A stretch of DNA of 57,811 bases, counting the filler, from Sphacelaria rigidula (lineage: Eukaryota), in the NCBI GenBank assembly GCA_964200075.2. It is 3 parts of 3 records of this genome, joined end to end, with 100 filler letters (N's around TTAATTAATTAA, not from the genome) between each part and the next. Parts side by side here need not be neighbours in the genome. Positions count along the whole stretch, not along the records: positions 38,620 to 57,811 come from CAXNAA020000717.1; 2 more parts are not named here. One strand, 5' to 3'. The notes under the pieces are model-generated. The model was not told the DNA's origin. It saw only the letters and a program-made list of their open reading frames with translations, and did not search any database. Below, one piece after another: positions 38,520-51,225 of this stretch; the first letter of the stretch is position 1; every line of letters begins with the position of its first letter. The position numbers and the translations under genes are program-made.

Positions 38520-38619
38520 NNNNNNNNNNNNNNNNNNNNNNNNNNNNNNNNNNNNNNNNNNNNTTAATTAATTAANNNNNNNNNNNNNNNNNNNNNNNNN
38601 NNNNNNNNNNNNNNNNNNN
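38520..38619. other. Artificial contig-joining linker
   Basis: N44-TTAATTAATTAA-N44. Confidence 0.98.
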
Positions 38620-39284
38620 CGGCGAGTCGCATGAAGGGTGAGCTGCATCCTGCTGAGATTGTTCGGCCCGAAGCCTACTATCTTGCATCTGGATGACAGC
38701 CTACAATGAGTTGCTTTATTGCCTGGTATCGCCACCTTCAGAGACGGCCACGTCTTATACACTACCTCACGGGTGTTCCACTGGGGGGGGAAGCGGGGGG
38801 CAGTTATATGATATGAAACTGGCTGAATAGGTGCATATACACTCCTAGGTACTGAGGGCCGACGCTTGTGTTCAAAGTACTCAGCGAAGGTAAAATATGG
38901 ACAAGATTAATGACGTCAAACCATCGTCCATTACTGTCGAGTAAAAAGAGACGATCCACTCAAGGAAGGGACGACAGGGTGCTGCCGACAAGCATCTCTG
39001 CCGACAGACGTCTCCGCCGCATTGGCCCTCGCTTCTTCATTCACAAGAGGACCCACATCCACGCAGGATCTGCAAGCGTCATCACGCGATGCAACTGTGC
39101 ACATCGTGCAACGCCTGGACATTTACGCACCTGACTCTTCACAATGGTTGGTGAGGCCCACAGGCTCAAGACACGTTCATACTCCACTAATTTCTAAAAA
39201 CATATTGAGCAGTGCACTATCGTAAAATACCGGTGTCCTTCCCCTAGCCGAAAAGAACCGGTCGACATTCGCGCGGTGGGAGGT

Positions 39285-39810
39285 TGGGGGGCGTACTCAG
39301 TTGTTGCTTGCCTTAGTCGTTCGACCATTGACCACGCATCCCTTTCGAAAAGGAGCACCCTTCCTACTCCCAATATAGACACCTCGAACATTTGAATGCT
39401 CAATACGTTTGTTCCACAAACTACACAAAAATATTTCACGTATCTTATCCCCGTCCTGTTTCGCCGTCTGTGGCCACTATCCACCTGCTGGTATAGCCAT
39501 CGTTTTCTCGCTACTATCTAGTGCATCAAGCGATTTCATGCCACCTTCGTTCACGTCCTGCATTGCCCCCTCTAGCACGTCCCGTTCCTCCTCGTATAGG
39601 TTCTATTCTGCAACTGTATGACTTCTGCTCTCTATTGCTTTTCCACAGGATAATTCTGTGCATCTACTTCCTACTCCTCTCGACTACTGGTATATCTCTT
39701 CTTTTTCTTCTGGCAGGTCCAGTTCCCCCACCCGAACCCCAGTTTCAAATATTTTCCCGCGTCCATTGGGCCATGCAGATATGTTTTCATCCCCATCTCC
39801 GCTCTCACCC
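39285..39810 (-). mobile_element. 5'-truncated LINE family A copy
   Basis: MKTYLHGPMDAGKYLKL...KKRYTSSREE plus the shared 3' end gagtacgccccc. Confidence 0.88.
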
Positions 39811-39893
39811 CCGGTATATCTCTCTCGTCTACTTTGCGTCTGAGCGCTTCTTTTTTCCTTATTTTAATCATGTCTCTTATTTTTGTCTTGTGA

Positions 39894-40248
39894 GCCGGTC
39901 GCCCCGGTAGCTCAGTTAGTAACCTCGAAACCTTCTGACGGTTTTGTCGAGGATTCAAATCTCGGAGCGATCTGGGATTTTTTCTCGCACAATGCCCAAC
40001 AGTGGAGAGCGACCATGTCGTGGGTACACAAAATTCGACTGAAATGGTCGACGAGGGAAAGGGACTATTGAACCCCTCTCGCGATAAAAAAGACAAGCAC
40101 CGCACGGGGAAGGTGGAGAACTAGAAACAAACAAAAAGCAAAAAAACTCCTGATGTTGGACTACCTCCTGTGTGACCCCGGCTGGTGCGCCCACGTGGAC
40201 CGAAAGGTGTAGACTCGCGTCCAGAATAGATTGGACGACAAAACAACA
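39894..40248 (+). mobile_element. tRNA-derived SINE (same family as 29128-29490)
   Basis: gccggtcgccccggtagctcagttag (A box), ggattcaaatctc (B box-like), and a collinear body. Confidence 0.85.
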
Positions 40249-40346
40249 CCCCGCGCCTCCACCTATGGACAGTATTTCGTCTTGGTTTCCTCCTATGATG
40301 GAAGGAAACCAAGACAAATACTGTGCATAGGTGGAGGCGCGGGGTA
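40247..40346. repeat. ~100-bp near-perfect hairpin with a third arm copy at ~40383-40437
   Basis: ccccgcgcctccacctatggacagtatttcgtcttggtttcct - loop - aggaaaccaagacaaatactgtgcataggtggaggcgcgggg. Confidence 0.85.
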
Positions 40347-40672
40347 AAAGACAGAAGGGAACGGGGTGGAGGGGGAAGATAGGAGGAAACCAAGACGAAA
40401 TACTATCCGTAGGTGAAGGCGTGGGGTAAAAGGCAGAACGGAAGGGGGGGGGGGGGGGGGGAAGGGTCCAAACGCACCTTAACTTGCCCTCGTTCGGCGG
40501 AAAAGAAAATGAAGAGCGCCCAGAGGCCCACATCACCCGCAAACTNNNNNNNNNNGGGGGGGGAGGAGAACAAGTAGAAGAAACAAAAACATACGCCAGG
40601 GGGGGGGGGGGGGGGGGGGGAAAAGGGCGGGAGGGGGGGGGGGGGGGGGGGGGGGGAAGGGTCCAAACGCAC

Positions 40673-40975
40673 CTTAACTTGCCCCTGTTTCGCAGCAAAG
40701 TCAATGTAGTGCAGCCAGAGGTCCACATCACCAGCAAACTTCAGCACGGCCCGATCAAAAATCCAGCGAATCAGTCGCACGCAGCAGGTGTCCGACATGG
40801 ACAGCCCTTTTTTCTTTTTTCGTCCCTCGCGGATGCGCTTCGTGCGCATGGCGCGGAGAGACTCCAGGTTAAGCTCATACTCGACGTAGCGCATGAAGTC
40901 TATTTTGCGGGCTTCGTAGCGCCGCAGCAGGTACTCGAACTCCCTACGTTTGGCCACGATGGAGCGTATCTCCGT
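40673..40975 (-). CDS. UTP6: U3 snoRNA-associated protein 6, exon 2
   Basis: tgaag|ACG...AAG|gtgcgt, 303 nt. TEIRSIVAKRREFEYLLRR...DFMRYVEYELNLESLR...IFDRAVLKFAGDVDLWLHYIDF is the Utp6 N-terminal domain and the first HAT repeat. Confidence 0.93.
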
Positions 40976-41329
40976 CTTCAGGTAGGGAAGGAGGCAAGTA
41001 GGGGAGGGGGAGAGGGGGGGTGGGGTCCCTAAGCTTGTGCATGCGCAACATTTTGTTTCTCGACGCTTTCACTCGGCTTCACAGACGTACCAATATTCAA
41101 CTTTTGCCCTGAAGCTTGAAACTGGACTCCTGAAAGAGCCCTCGACACTTGGTATATTGTTGAATATGGATCATCTCCAGGCAAACTCCTTCGGTTCAAA
41201 TGATCGTCCTATACTGCACGATATGAGGAGAATTCCTGTATCCGCATCGATGAAGGACTATCCTTTGCAGAGGAGCATTGGGCAGACAAGCATTGGGCCC
41301 AGTTTATTCGAAATCACGGCACACAGAAA

Positions 41330-41826
41330 ACGCCGCAATTGTGAACCAAGCTTCGCCAGGGTGGGGGGCGTACTCATTTGTTGCTTGCCTTAGTCGTGTG
41401 GCCATTTACCACGCATCCCTTTCGAGACGGAGCACCGTTCCTACTCCTAATAGAGACACCTCCAACATTCTGGCGCTCATTACTTTCTGCTTCGCTAGGG
41501 GGTGAAACAGTAGAGTTACGGGTTCCTAAGAAGAACGTTGTCGCGCCCTGTTGCCGAAGGATCTCCAAAGCGAGCCGTGATTTCCTCCCTTGTCGTTTGA
41601 GGCAAGGATTTGGCCGTGACCGATGATCAGCAAGAAGAACAACTGAACGAGCTGGTACGGCAGCACTGGCAACGCTCAACCAGGGCTCATGCAGTGGCTC
41701 CACCATTCCGAGCTCTTTCTACCGGAGACCCCGCTGCCTAGATTGCTGCAGATCCATTTTCACAGGCTTGAAAGTTTCGCGTCCGCTCATGTATGTCACT
41801 GGCGGACCCCGTTCCGGAGACTGTTT
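41330..41826. repeat. Interspersed repeat duplicated at ~47335-47682; this copy contains a LINE A fragment at 41364-41488
   Basis: Near-identical ggtgaaacagtagagt...ggcggaccccgttcc blocks. The insertion is flanked by a ~14-bp TSD, gcttcgc(c/t)aggg(t/g)g. Confidence 0.88.
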
Positions 41827-42779
41827 CTCAAGTTTCGATGTGTATTCTGGTGCTCATTACGCTCATACATGTATGGTCTCCACATCACCCCTCTCTTTTG
41901 ACGCGCCAGCTGAGGCGATCATTCATGGAGAGAATGATATCAATGTGGATTCCCTTTTGTATGTGTGAAAGTATATCATTATACTGGCCTGTGTGTGTGT
42001 GGAAGATGCCAAATCCTCTGTAAACACAAGACGGTAAAATTTATCGACGTTCGTACCTAGGTTCATGTAATCAGCATACTTGTGTCGGAGGTTTGTGACT
42101 TGATCACATGATCCCGGCATCTGAAAAACCCGTGTGGTGAGCACGGATTTTGATGCCCCCGTAGATGCTGACTTATGAGAACCTGGGTAAAAAACCTTGT
42201 GTTTTCGCATGGGGATGGGTTGTCGTCCCGTGCTTGGCCTGGGCTCTGAACCCGTGATGATTTCCGTACGAGCTGGGCCAGTTGACAGTGATGTTTTAAT
42301 GTTTCCGGGCCCGCCTGTGGGTAATTCGAGAAGTTGGGCGCCGAAATTTTTACACGATATTTTCATCATCAACACGCACAACCTCCCGGGGGATGCACGC
42401 AAAAAAAAAAATAATAGAGCGATTTGAAGTTTCTCCGAGAACTGGAAAAATGCGATTACTTCGTGAAAATCAACAAATACCTCGGCATCCCTCGGGCTGT
42501 TGTGCGAACTTGTGTGCAGCAGGGCATTTTCGGATCAAAAACACTCCAAATTGGACGCAGCAGAGCACTTTTTGTGTGACACCGCTGCGTCGCTTGAATC
42601 CAAGTGATACAGGAGACTCCAGTTATGGAGGTCACGAGTTCGAATCCTGACGGATCCCTCTTTTTTGTGCCGTCAATAAGACAATTTCTTCAGGTTCGTT
42701 TTTCCCCTCGTATTTTGTAAATAACGAGGAAAAAATACAAGATGGCTACCAACTATTCGTATTTTCACAAGATTCCCGG

Positions 42780-43250
42780 GGGATAATACAAGATGAGGGA
42801 AATTTTACGAGATAGGCCCTCCTGGCTTGTACCTTGTTTTTTTAACACAGGACAAGATCGACTTGTATTTTCCCTTGAATTTCACATTCGAGACGCGGCG
42901 AGACTAGCATCGCCCGCCAGCCCTGAAGATATTTGTGCCCTTCGTCATCTCGGGGCTCTACTGACAGCAATGTCGAACATCCCCAGCGCCGTTCACACAC
43001 TAGACCGAACTTTGCTTCGCCATCCCGGCGGGTGCGAGATGTCGTCAGGGGTTGATGATCTACTGGCATCGACCGTGCTCTCGAGAACCTGCAGCATGGA
43101 CAATACCCAGCGCAGGGATTACAGGATACTGTCTGTGCTGCCTCATGCAGTGAGTGGTAGGTGCACACAACAGTACTGTAGTACGCACGGCTGTACTAAA
43201 AATGGTGCGTATAACGTGAGATATGTGGACAACGTGCAATACAGACGACA
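42780..43250 (+). repeat. Interspersed repeat (family shared with contig 1, 78-120 and 1133-1550)
   Basis: Collinear similarity to the reverse complement of 1133-1550. Confidence 0.8.
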
Positions 43251-44175
43251 CTAGGCAGTGCTGTACTGTCTGCACTGCCACATTGAACAGTAGGATGCCC
43301 ATGCCATGCTACACCCAACGGCTACCGAAGATAATCTGGACAACGTGCAGTGCAGACAGTGCAAGGCCTGTACTGCCACATTCAACAGCACAGTACCGAC
43401 AGATCTAAGAAATCCAGTACTATCTGCATTGCCACATATGGCACTATACATGCGCACATGTCAGATTGCAGACGGTGATATACAACAGCTGCATTTATTA
43501 TTTTGATATGGAGGAGTGCAGTACAGACTACTACTCGTACTTTTTGTCCCTCTCCGCTGTTTTAGTACCCCACCCCCCTAAAAAATACAGGGTCCACATC
43601 TCACCGTATTTTTCTAGCGGTATTTTCTCCTCATAATTTGTTGCAAAATATGAGGGGGAAAAAGCGAACCGAAAAAAACGGCCTACAGTTATACATTATG
43701 CAGTGCATTTTTTTCATTTCTTTTTTCATTCAGCGGCGGTGCCGTGCGTCACCAGGTTGGTCTGCAGGTCACACCGATATACTCAAGTCGGGCTGATTCG
43801 GCAAACTTGATAAGTTATGGTGTGACATGCAAATTCGGCATTTACTGCTGGCCCTGTTCGTATGGTAATGGACTACTTGCGTCTAGGGAAGACAAATATT
43901 GAAGAAAAAAGCAAGATAGTGGTTGCAAGTGTATGTCTGGAGTGGTATATTCCAAGACGACAACATTTCCACAGCTATCCTTGCCAGCAATACCCCTTTT
44001 TGCTGGTGAGAGGTCAGACCTTTGGGTCGAGTCTCTTTTCACCGCTGATGTCCTTGTGGTCGCGTTGACCATGGCGTCCAGTTCTTCTGTCCTGACTTTA
44101 TAACTAACGCGTCTGCATGTAGCGGGAAATTTCTCTGCAAGTGCACGTTTCCGGGGATTGTTCTTCCCGGGAAAC

Positions 44176-46050
44176 TTAGTTCCTTGTGAACAGAGTCTCT
44201 GACCCGTTTTCTTCTTTTCGTGTTATGAGACGGCGGGCCTGGTGCAGGCGCGCTATTGAGTTTTTTTGCTCAATTCTGTTCGCGTCTATGAGATGTTGAC
44301 ATTGGGAAACCTCGTCCGTTCTATACTTTAGGTCAGCGGATGGACCGTAGCCTTTGAGTCTGAGGCGGTACTTGTAGTTGAAGTCGTTTTTCCGCTCTGG
44401 GCCCCGTTTATGGCCCACCAGCTTGTCATCGATGTAGCATTCGATTTTCGGTTGCGCTACATTTGGGCGGTCAACTTCTGGGAGAGGCAATATTTTCCCT
44501 AGAAAAAGTCGGCAAGTCGATCGAAATCGGGTGCCGGTGCTTTCTCCTGTGAGTAGTACTTTTTCAAGTGAGCGACGTGTGCCGACGTTTGTTTTGCGTC
44601 ATTGCCCAACTCTTCTTTGTATGCTCGTGGCGATACTATGGAGCAGATGACGCCATTTGCCCGTAAGGCATCATGGTTGCTCAGTTGTCTTGTTCGGCTG
44701 AACTGTGCATTGCCAGCATAGTGTGTTGATTCGAGTGTACCCGCTCTGACACTGAGTTACCTTGAGGTCTAAATGGAGTCGTGCGGGTTTCCTCAGTTTG
44801 TAGCAGCGTATGGGCCCGTGTCCGGTGTGTCGCTGAGGTCACTCGATTCTCAAACTCCTTACTTTGATCAGAGTGCAACTTTTCCGGAATGCCGAATGTT
44901 GTTAAAACTCTGTCAACTAGCATCTGCGCAACCGTATTAGCTGACTTGTTTACAGTCGGGATGAAGAAGTGCATGGCGCGCCTAATGACCAATCACAAAC
45001 ATGGCGTATCAGCAAGGCACTCCAGCTGAGGGTTTCGTTCCGTGTACACATTTGTCGATTACTTATTGTACCCTTGGGTTGGCCCTGTAGGGCGGTCTGT
45101 CGACTCCTTGTATACCCGGTTAGAGTGGAAATGTACCTTCACCTATCGTGCAGCATCCTAACTCCTGCGGTGAGAACGAGACGACTGTCCGGTACTTAGT
45201 ACACAGATCGAGGACTTCGTTCTCTGTTCCTGCGAAAAGGTGGAGCTGCTTGGTCAGACATTTTTGAAACGCCTTTTTCCAACTCTTGACGAGCGTCAGT
45301 GGGTTTTCTTTGTTTTCGGCGACTGCACTGCTTGTGTTTGTCACCTTCAATGTTCGGACCTCTGGTGCGGTGTAATGTGTCCTAACAGAGTGTTTCGCTC
45401 AATACGGACGTGCCTGTTGGATGGATTGGCAACCTGAGCCATAGCTGTCTTTTTCACCGCTGACCATGTACAAATTGCGTGCCACGATCGGACGTTTGAA
45501 GACTGATGGTATGCCCAAAGATTGAACGTCCTGCTCCATGACTATGCGCGGCTCAATTTACGCAGTGGTTGTCACCCCAGGAGGCTCATCTGATTCGACA
45601 TGAAGGGCCATCCATCTCAGCTTGCGAAGGAACAACACTGAGAAATATTGAGACATGCTGCGCCGCATCTTCTACTCAACAACGGGACATGTGTCATGTC
45701 CTCTGCGTGTCGAGTTACTTTGCTCGTTCCATCTTTTGTGTGTAGCTCTCATACAAACATTAGAATTTTGGAACGACAATGTCTCAGCTGCCCATCCTAA
45801 AATGCCTCCAAATGCTCCCATCAGTGAATCCACGATCAGCATGCGGTCGGGACCCAAATCGCGTAAAACGAATGCTCCAACGGGCAGGGTTCTTTCCCCT
45901 AACGTGACGTCGAAACGAATGAAACCCACTACTTTCATGGGTGAATTGTCCGCGCTTCCAGGATCCAAAGATACGCTTGGGACAGGTTTGATGTCTGCTG
46001 TACTCAGAGTAGGATGCGCACGGATGAACTTTAGGTTGATAATAGACAGG
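44176..46050 (-). mobile_element. Internally deleted Ty3/gypsy (chromovirus-like) pol remnant
   Basis: Order is protease-like (SADNSPMKVVGFIRFDVTLG, 45672-45968), integrase core (FGIPEKLHSDQSKEFEN, TTPFRPQGNSVSERVH, 44681-44992), then chromodomain-like (YKYRLRLKGYGPSAD, 44176-44490). Confidence 0.88.
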
Positions 46051-46196
46051 TCGGAAGTGGATCTTTCGTCAGGGCCTGCACAGCATTTTCGATCATTCTA
46101 GTTGGTACTTAGACTCTTACTGAGGCTGGATGTATCCTGACGGGTCCATTTGGGAACCGTGCTAACGAAGACATGTGGAAAGCCATAAACGCTTAA

Positions 46197-46393
46197 CCCT
46201 TAGACCGCGAGATGAGTCTTTCTGGATCATGCATACTTTTTTTCACTTGAAATTGATGCCGATTCAACATAAGACGAACCTCGTGTTCTGAGGGTTAACC
46301 CTTAGACCGCGAGATTAGTCTTTTTGGGTCATGCATATGTTTCACTTGAAATCGATGCCGATTCAACAGAAGACTAACCTCGTGGTCTAAGGG
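46197..46393. mobile_element. Tandem dimer of a ~96-bp piggyBac-like MITE
   Basis: TTAA|CCCTTAGACCGCGAG...GTTCTGAGGG|TTAA|CCCTTAGACCGCGAG...GGTCTAAGGG|TTAA, with ~24-bp TIRs. Confidence 0.88.
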
Positions 46394-49300
46394 TTAAGCG
46401 TCGGGAGTCAGAAATTTCGATTGGTGTTTTGCATTGATGTTACATGACGGTTGAACTATCAAAGCTGCTTGCGGAACACTCTCCAAGTGCGAAGGCTGGC
46501 TACACGGCACCACTTCTCGACTTGTGTTGCTCCCTCTGAGCTTCTGCCTGACTCTATCATGTCCTTTCGCTGCCTTCTTGTGAGACTTCGCACTCCATCT
46601 CACTGAAGGGCATACTGTATGGCAAGCGAATGACCCTCCTCGGTGTTGAACGGTCATGATCAAGTTGAAGATGCAGATCCAAATATCCAAGTGCTACATC
46701 TACCTAGAATGTGACCGGATGAGCTTTTAGAGGGAGTATGGGCAGTTCCGATCAGCGATCAACAGACACTGCTTATTAAATTGTTGTTTATTCTGGCGGC
46801 AGGTTGAACATGTGTCAACATCGGATGAACCGTCACCGATTCATTGGGGTACCGCGCAGAATGCAACATTATATGAGTCTCAACAAGTTGAGCTTCATTT
46901 CTACGATTTTAGGCCCGTGTCCGGTGCATCGCTATCGACGGCTGTTATCAAGGTTGCTTAGGAACCAACTCCAACCACGGAGACTGGTTATATTATACAC
47001 CGCCCTCCTCTTTCCGACCTGCGTTGCTCTAGTTTAGCTTCTGCTTGATCCTAGTATGTACTTTCACGTGACAACTGGGGCTGTTTTGGTGCCTAATCGT
47101 TACGTCTGCCATGAACAACTGCGGGTTCGGATTTCGACACCTCTTCGCCTGTCTGGGTGTCGGCTTTGGTGGGTGCCAGCGTGACCGCTGCTGGCGTAGC
47201 ATTGCTGGAGTTCTTGGCCAGCACGTGGTGTTGATGTCGTCTACAAAGCTGCTTTTCTGCAAACTTGCACTAAATCGTCGGTTGCGCGCGTCAAGGTGCT
47301 TTGCACGCGCGGGTTCAAACCGCTTCGTCGACGCCACTGTGAACCAAGCTTCGCTAGGGGGTGAAACAGTAGAGTCACGGGTTCCGAAGAAGAACGTTGT
47401 CGTGCCCTGTTGCCGAAGGATCTCCAAAGCAACGCGTGATTTTCTCTCTTGTCGTTTGAGGCAAGGATTTGGCCGTGACCTATGGTGGACAAGAACACCT
47501 GAATGAGCCGATATGGTAGTACTGGCAACGCACAACCAGGGTTCATGCAGTGGCTTCAATGTTCCGAGCTCTTTCTACCGGAGACCTCGTTGCATAGGTT
47601 GCTGTAGATTCATTTTCACAGGTTTGAACGTTTCGAGTCCACTCATGTATGTCACTGGCGGACCCCGTTCCTGAGACTGTTTGCCCGTGAATGTAGCCCG
47701 ATTTCAGGCACTGTATACCGGGAAAATAGACCGACCAAGTACACAGTCAGTTAAACGCAGAAGAAATGAAAACTAAATGAGCCCATCAGTATCATCACAA
47801 GAACACGCGTCACTCGAAATGACGACCACGCTCATACAAAACGTAGTGTTGCTCTAGTACATTCTACAACAAACCCGTGAGTGACGTTGCTGTACACGTG
47901 TACACAGGGTTACAACAACAGGAGGATAGTAGCTGCTGCTGGTGTGGTTGTTGTGCCCCACTTGTTGCAGGATGTTGTTGTGCGCGGAACTAGCAACTGG
48001 TAAGGCTGATATCCGGAACGCGCACCGCAGAGACCGCAGCACTCTGCAGACCGCTGCACCAAACCCGAAATGTACTTGAAAACCTTCAACGCTTTGGGGC
48101 TTGTCGGGTCCGCTCTAGCGAATTGGGCAAATCCGCCCCATGGTAATTCGTGGGCAAAAAATCTGTTTCTCCAGTTTACATGGTATATTGGTGCTCAGTA
48201 CGCTCATACAGATATGGTCTCCACACAATAGCTTAACCCCTTTGGGACTGGGCCTCCAGAACGACCAATGAGGCTGGTTAGGAATGACGTGTATGGCGTC
48301 TGCACGAAACAGTGGCTTGTTGTTGCTGAATTCCGCGTATGTCACCGAAGGGTTATGACGAGATCGAAAGTTGAATCCAATCTATTTTCAGGTGCAGGAT
48401 GAACAATAGGTAATGTACACCTGATGTAGGGAACAGTATGGGTCGCCGTAGAGAGCTAACAACAGGATGCGGCGACCGGCGGACCGCCCGCCACTTGTGG
48501 CTTTGGATGATATTTTTACCCCCATCACCTTGCCACTCCACCCTTTGTGGTCGGGGTGGGCCGCGATTTCCCCCTCTGTTGCAAGCGGCAAATTCTCTTC
48601 GAAGGGTGTGAGTGTTGCGGCGCACATACATACAGTGCAGCACAGTGCAGTACGCCTCTCCGACTGCAGCAGCAGCTGCCGTTGCATACTCCCTTGCACA
48701 TTCTGGGCATTTCTCAACAACCGAGATCAACTGCCTATATACCGCTTCTTCATCCCCGCTCACTACATAAATGTTAACCGCACACTGCAAGACATCGGCC
48801 GAGGGATGGGCAGAATTCAGTATGATAGCTCCTTTAGCCTTTCCACGGCCCACCTGGGTTCAGTGCCTCGTGAAAATGATCACATTGTGGCATGTACACT
48901 CCTTCCCGGTTCTTCCCCCTCCACCCTGTGTTAGGGTAGTTACTACGTTTTAGTATAGGATGGCGACCCAAAAAACTCTACGGAAATCCCGGGAGCGCCA
49001 TACTGAAAGCACGTAATACGATAAGCGATGCCCCGAGCATCCGGGATTTGCACACCCGGGAAGATTTATCTGGGCCAGGGACAGGGCCCCCACATGATCT
49101 TTGCAGTGACATCACACCCGGTAACAGCCCCCGCGTTGGTCGTTCGGATCTGGTCGATAAATTTCGCCTCGCCCTGAGTGGGCAGGTCCTTCCCTCACGT
49201 ATTATTTTTCATCAACACATGGTCAGCCCTGTGTCAGTTGGGGGTCGATCCCTCAAGGGTTAATTCTACGCAAAGTTGAGCCGGAACTCAGCGTTTCACG

Positions 49301-50573
49301 GTGACGCGGGATAACACCATGGGTGGAGACAAAATTTGATCCAGACGTCACGAACACGAATTTTCCCGGTTTCGTTTGTGCTCCTGGACAGGACAGGACA
49401 GCTGGAAACGCCTCGCCATCCGTCCATTGACAGTTACTCGTGATGTTCCAATTATTATTATTATTTCCGCACATTTGTCCGATCTCTCGAACCCGTGGTC
49501 ACAGACGTAGCCTTGTCTTTCCCATACCGTCCCTGCTATTCCTTACAAGACATGAAGTCCCTCATCATTTTTTCAGGGACTCCAGCCTAATTACATGAAC
49601 ACACGCAATTAACTCGAATATTACCAAATGAAAATAAGACGAGACGCGAGGGAAAACATGAGAAGTAGGTTCCACGAGTTCAACGGGGTGAAAAAAAAAC
49701 AAAAAAAGCTTCAGATCTGCTGAGAAAAGCACACCGACAGAAAAGGGAAATAAAAGAAAAGACAAGAAAAGAAAAGACAGATGACACAAGGGGATTTGCA
49801 AGGCCACCGGGCGGGGGGAAACTAGAAAGAAAAAAAAAATGTGATCTGTAAATGAACGTATCAAATGCAGTGTTACTACGAGTACTGTTGCGACTGTTAC
49901 TCTCAAAGGCGTGCTGGGTCATTTGCGTTTCCATCTTCTACAGTTCATCTGCAAGGTCGGTTTACTTCATAATTCAAGTGAATGAATTAAAGACACTACG
50001 GGGTGCATATGCCAATCGGGCGCGAGAGGTACGCCATGCTCTTTTGGGAGGCATCAACAGGATCACTATCCGCGATACATGATGGGGGATAACACCCCAT
50101 CAGTGAAGTAGCGAAGACTAGTATCTTGAGAAGGGGACTCGCATGCCTGAAGTACCCTGTTCACCGAAAAGCACACAAATTTCGGCCGCCTTCTGTGTAT
50201 GGGGTTGTCAGGAACATCGGGATTCAATCCATCGCGTGAAAGTGTTGCATGTCGCTGACCGCACGATCTAATTGCACCACAACCTGGGTGCGGTTGACCA
50301 GAAACGAGTGAGCAGCTGTAACTTTCGACAACATTCGCCGCTTGCACCCGACAGCCACGAGCTTATGGCCGGCGAAACCAAGGATCACATTACCCCCGAG
50401 TTTTTTTCTGCGTTCTTCGCTTGCTATTTCTGACTTCGGGCACATCCAGGCACATGTTGGTTAGTTTGGCGTCCAGTACTGCTCTATCCTTGGACTGGAA
50501 GTGTACCATCAGCCAGGGAAATTCAAAGACGAGTACAACATATCTTCCCGATTTCTCTGATCACTCAGCCTAC

Positions 50574-50654
50574 CTCCGAGAATATTCCACGGCGTAGAAG
50601 ATCATTGAGATCATCAGCCATGCGGTCAAGCGCATACTGAACGCTGTCCGCCAT
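50574..50654 (-). CDS. UTP6: UTP6 exon 1: MADSVQYALDRMADDLNDLLRRGIFSE
   Basis: ATG at 50654, donor GAG|gtaggc. Joins exon 2 in phase 0 to give GIFSETEIRSIV, the conserved Utp6 N-terminus. The intron is 9598 bp. Confidence 0.92.
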
Positions 50655-51120
50655 GATGCTGCCTGCTCCGTCGGCTCGCTGGAGCGCGAAGCGCACAACA
50701 GAGTACCACCCTCCTCACCATCCCCGCCATGCCCCTCCACATACCCCTGAGTTATCTCAGACCCGTAGTCCAATGTGTGTTGGTTGCCGTGAAATAACTG
50801 ATCCGAGGGACCCAGCCGTGCCCATAGTATATATGCAGTACACCATGTAGGAACCAAGTCGCCAACCCCATGATCAAGAGGAGGATTCAGATATTTTCTC
50901 GTAGAAAGGTTAGAGTCTTGCTACTTCGGCGCTCTCCATAAGTGTATAATTAATAGCCTGCTCTAGAGAGATTCCGTCGCCGGTCGTCATAGAGAATCGC
51001 ATTAATCACGGTCATTATATTGCGGGATCTCGAAGCTGCACGCCTACCGTACGAGCGCCACAACAGTAGGAGTAAAGTACCAAAAACACCCGCAGGAGTA
51101 GGGTACTAATTAAACAAAGC
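50655..51120. promoter_or_regulatory. Putative bidirectional promoter and 5'UTRs between UTP6 and the J-domain gene
   Basis: 466 bp separate the divergent ATGs, and no repeat was recognised here. Function is inferred from geometry only. Confidence 0.6.
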
Positions 51121-51225
51121 ATGCCGGGGAAACCTTGCTACTACGAGCTACTAGGCGTGCAGCGAGGCGCGAGTGATGATGAGATCAAGAGGGCCTACAA
51201 AAAGCTTGCACTCTGGTGGCATCCG
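51121..51225 (+). CDS. J-domain (DnaJ/Hsp40) protein, exon 1: [35 protein letters not shown]
   Basis: Canonical J-domain helices I-II, with donor CCG|gtgag. The HPD motif is completed by exon 2. The subfamily (DNAJB6-like or Jjj1/DNAJC21-like) is unresolved. Confidence 0.93.

Noticed and set aside
40440-40545. Second copy of the 3' end of UTP6 exon 2 (FAGDVGLWALFIFFSAERGQVK), suggesting exon duplication or alternative splicing
   Set aside because: It abuts an N gap and poly-G runs, and its substitutions are A-biased, as in low-quality read ends. It is most likely an assembly artefact.
36620-41000. NPRL2 and UTP6 as a convergent neighbouring pair
   Set aside because: They are on different contigs separated by an artificial linker.
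41330-47682. Direct repeats at 41330-41826 and 47335-47682 as LTRs of the gypsy remnant
   Set aside because: No clear TG...CA pair, TSD, PBS or PPT was seen, and unrelated sequence separates both repeats from the pol remnant.
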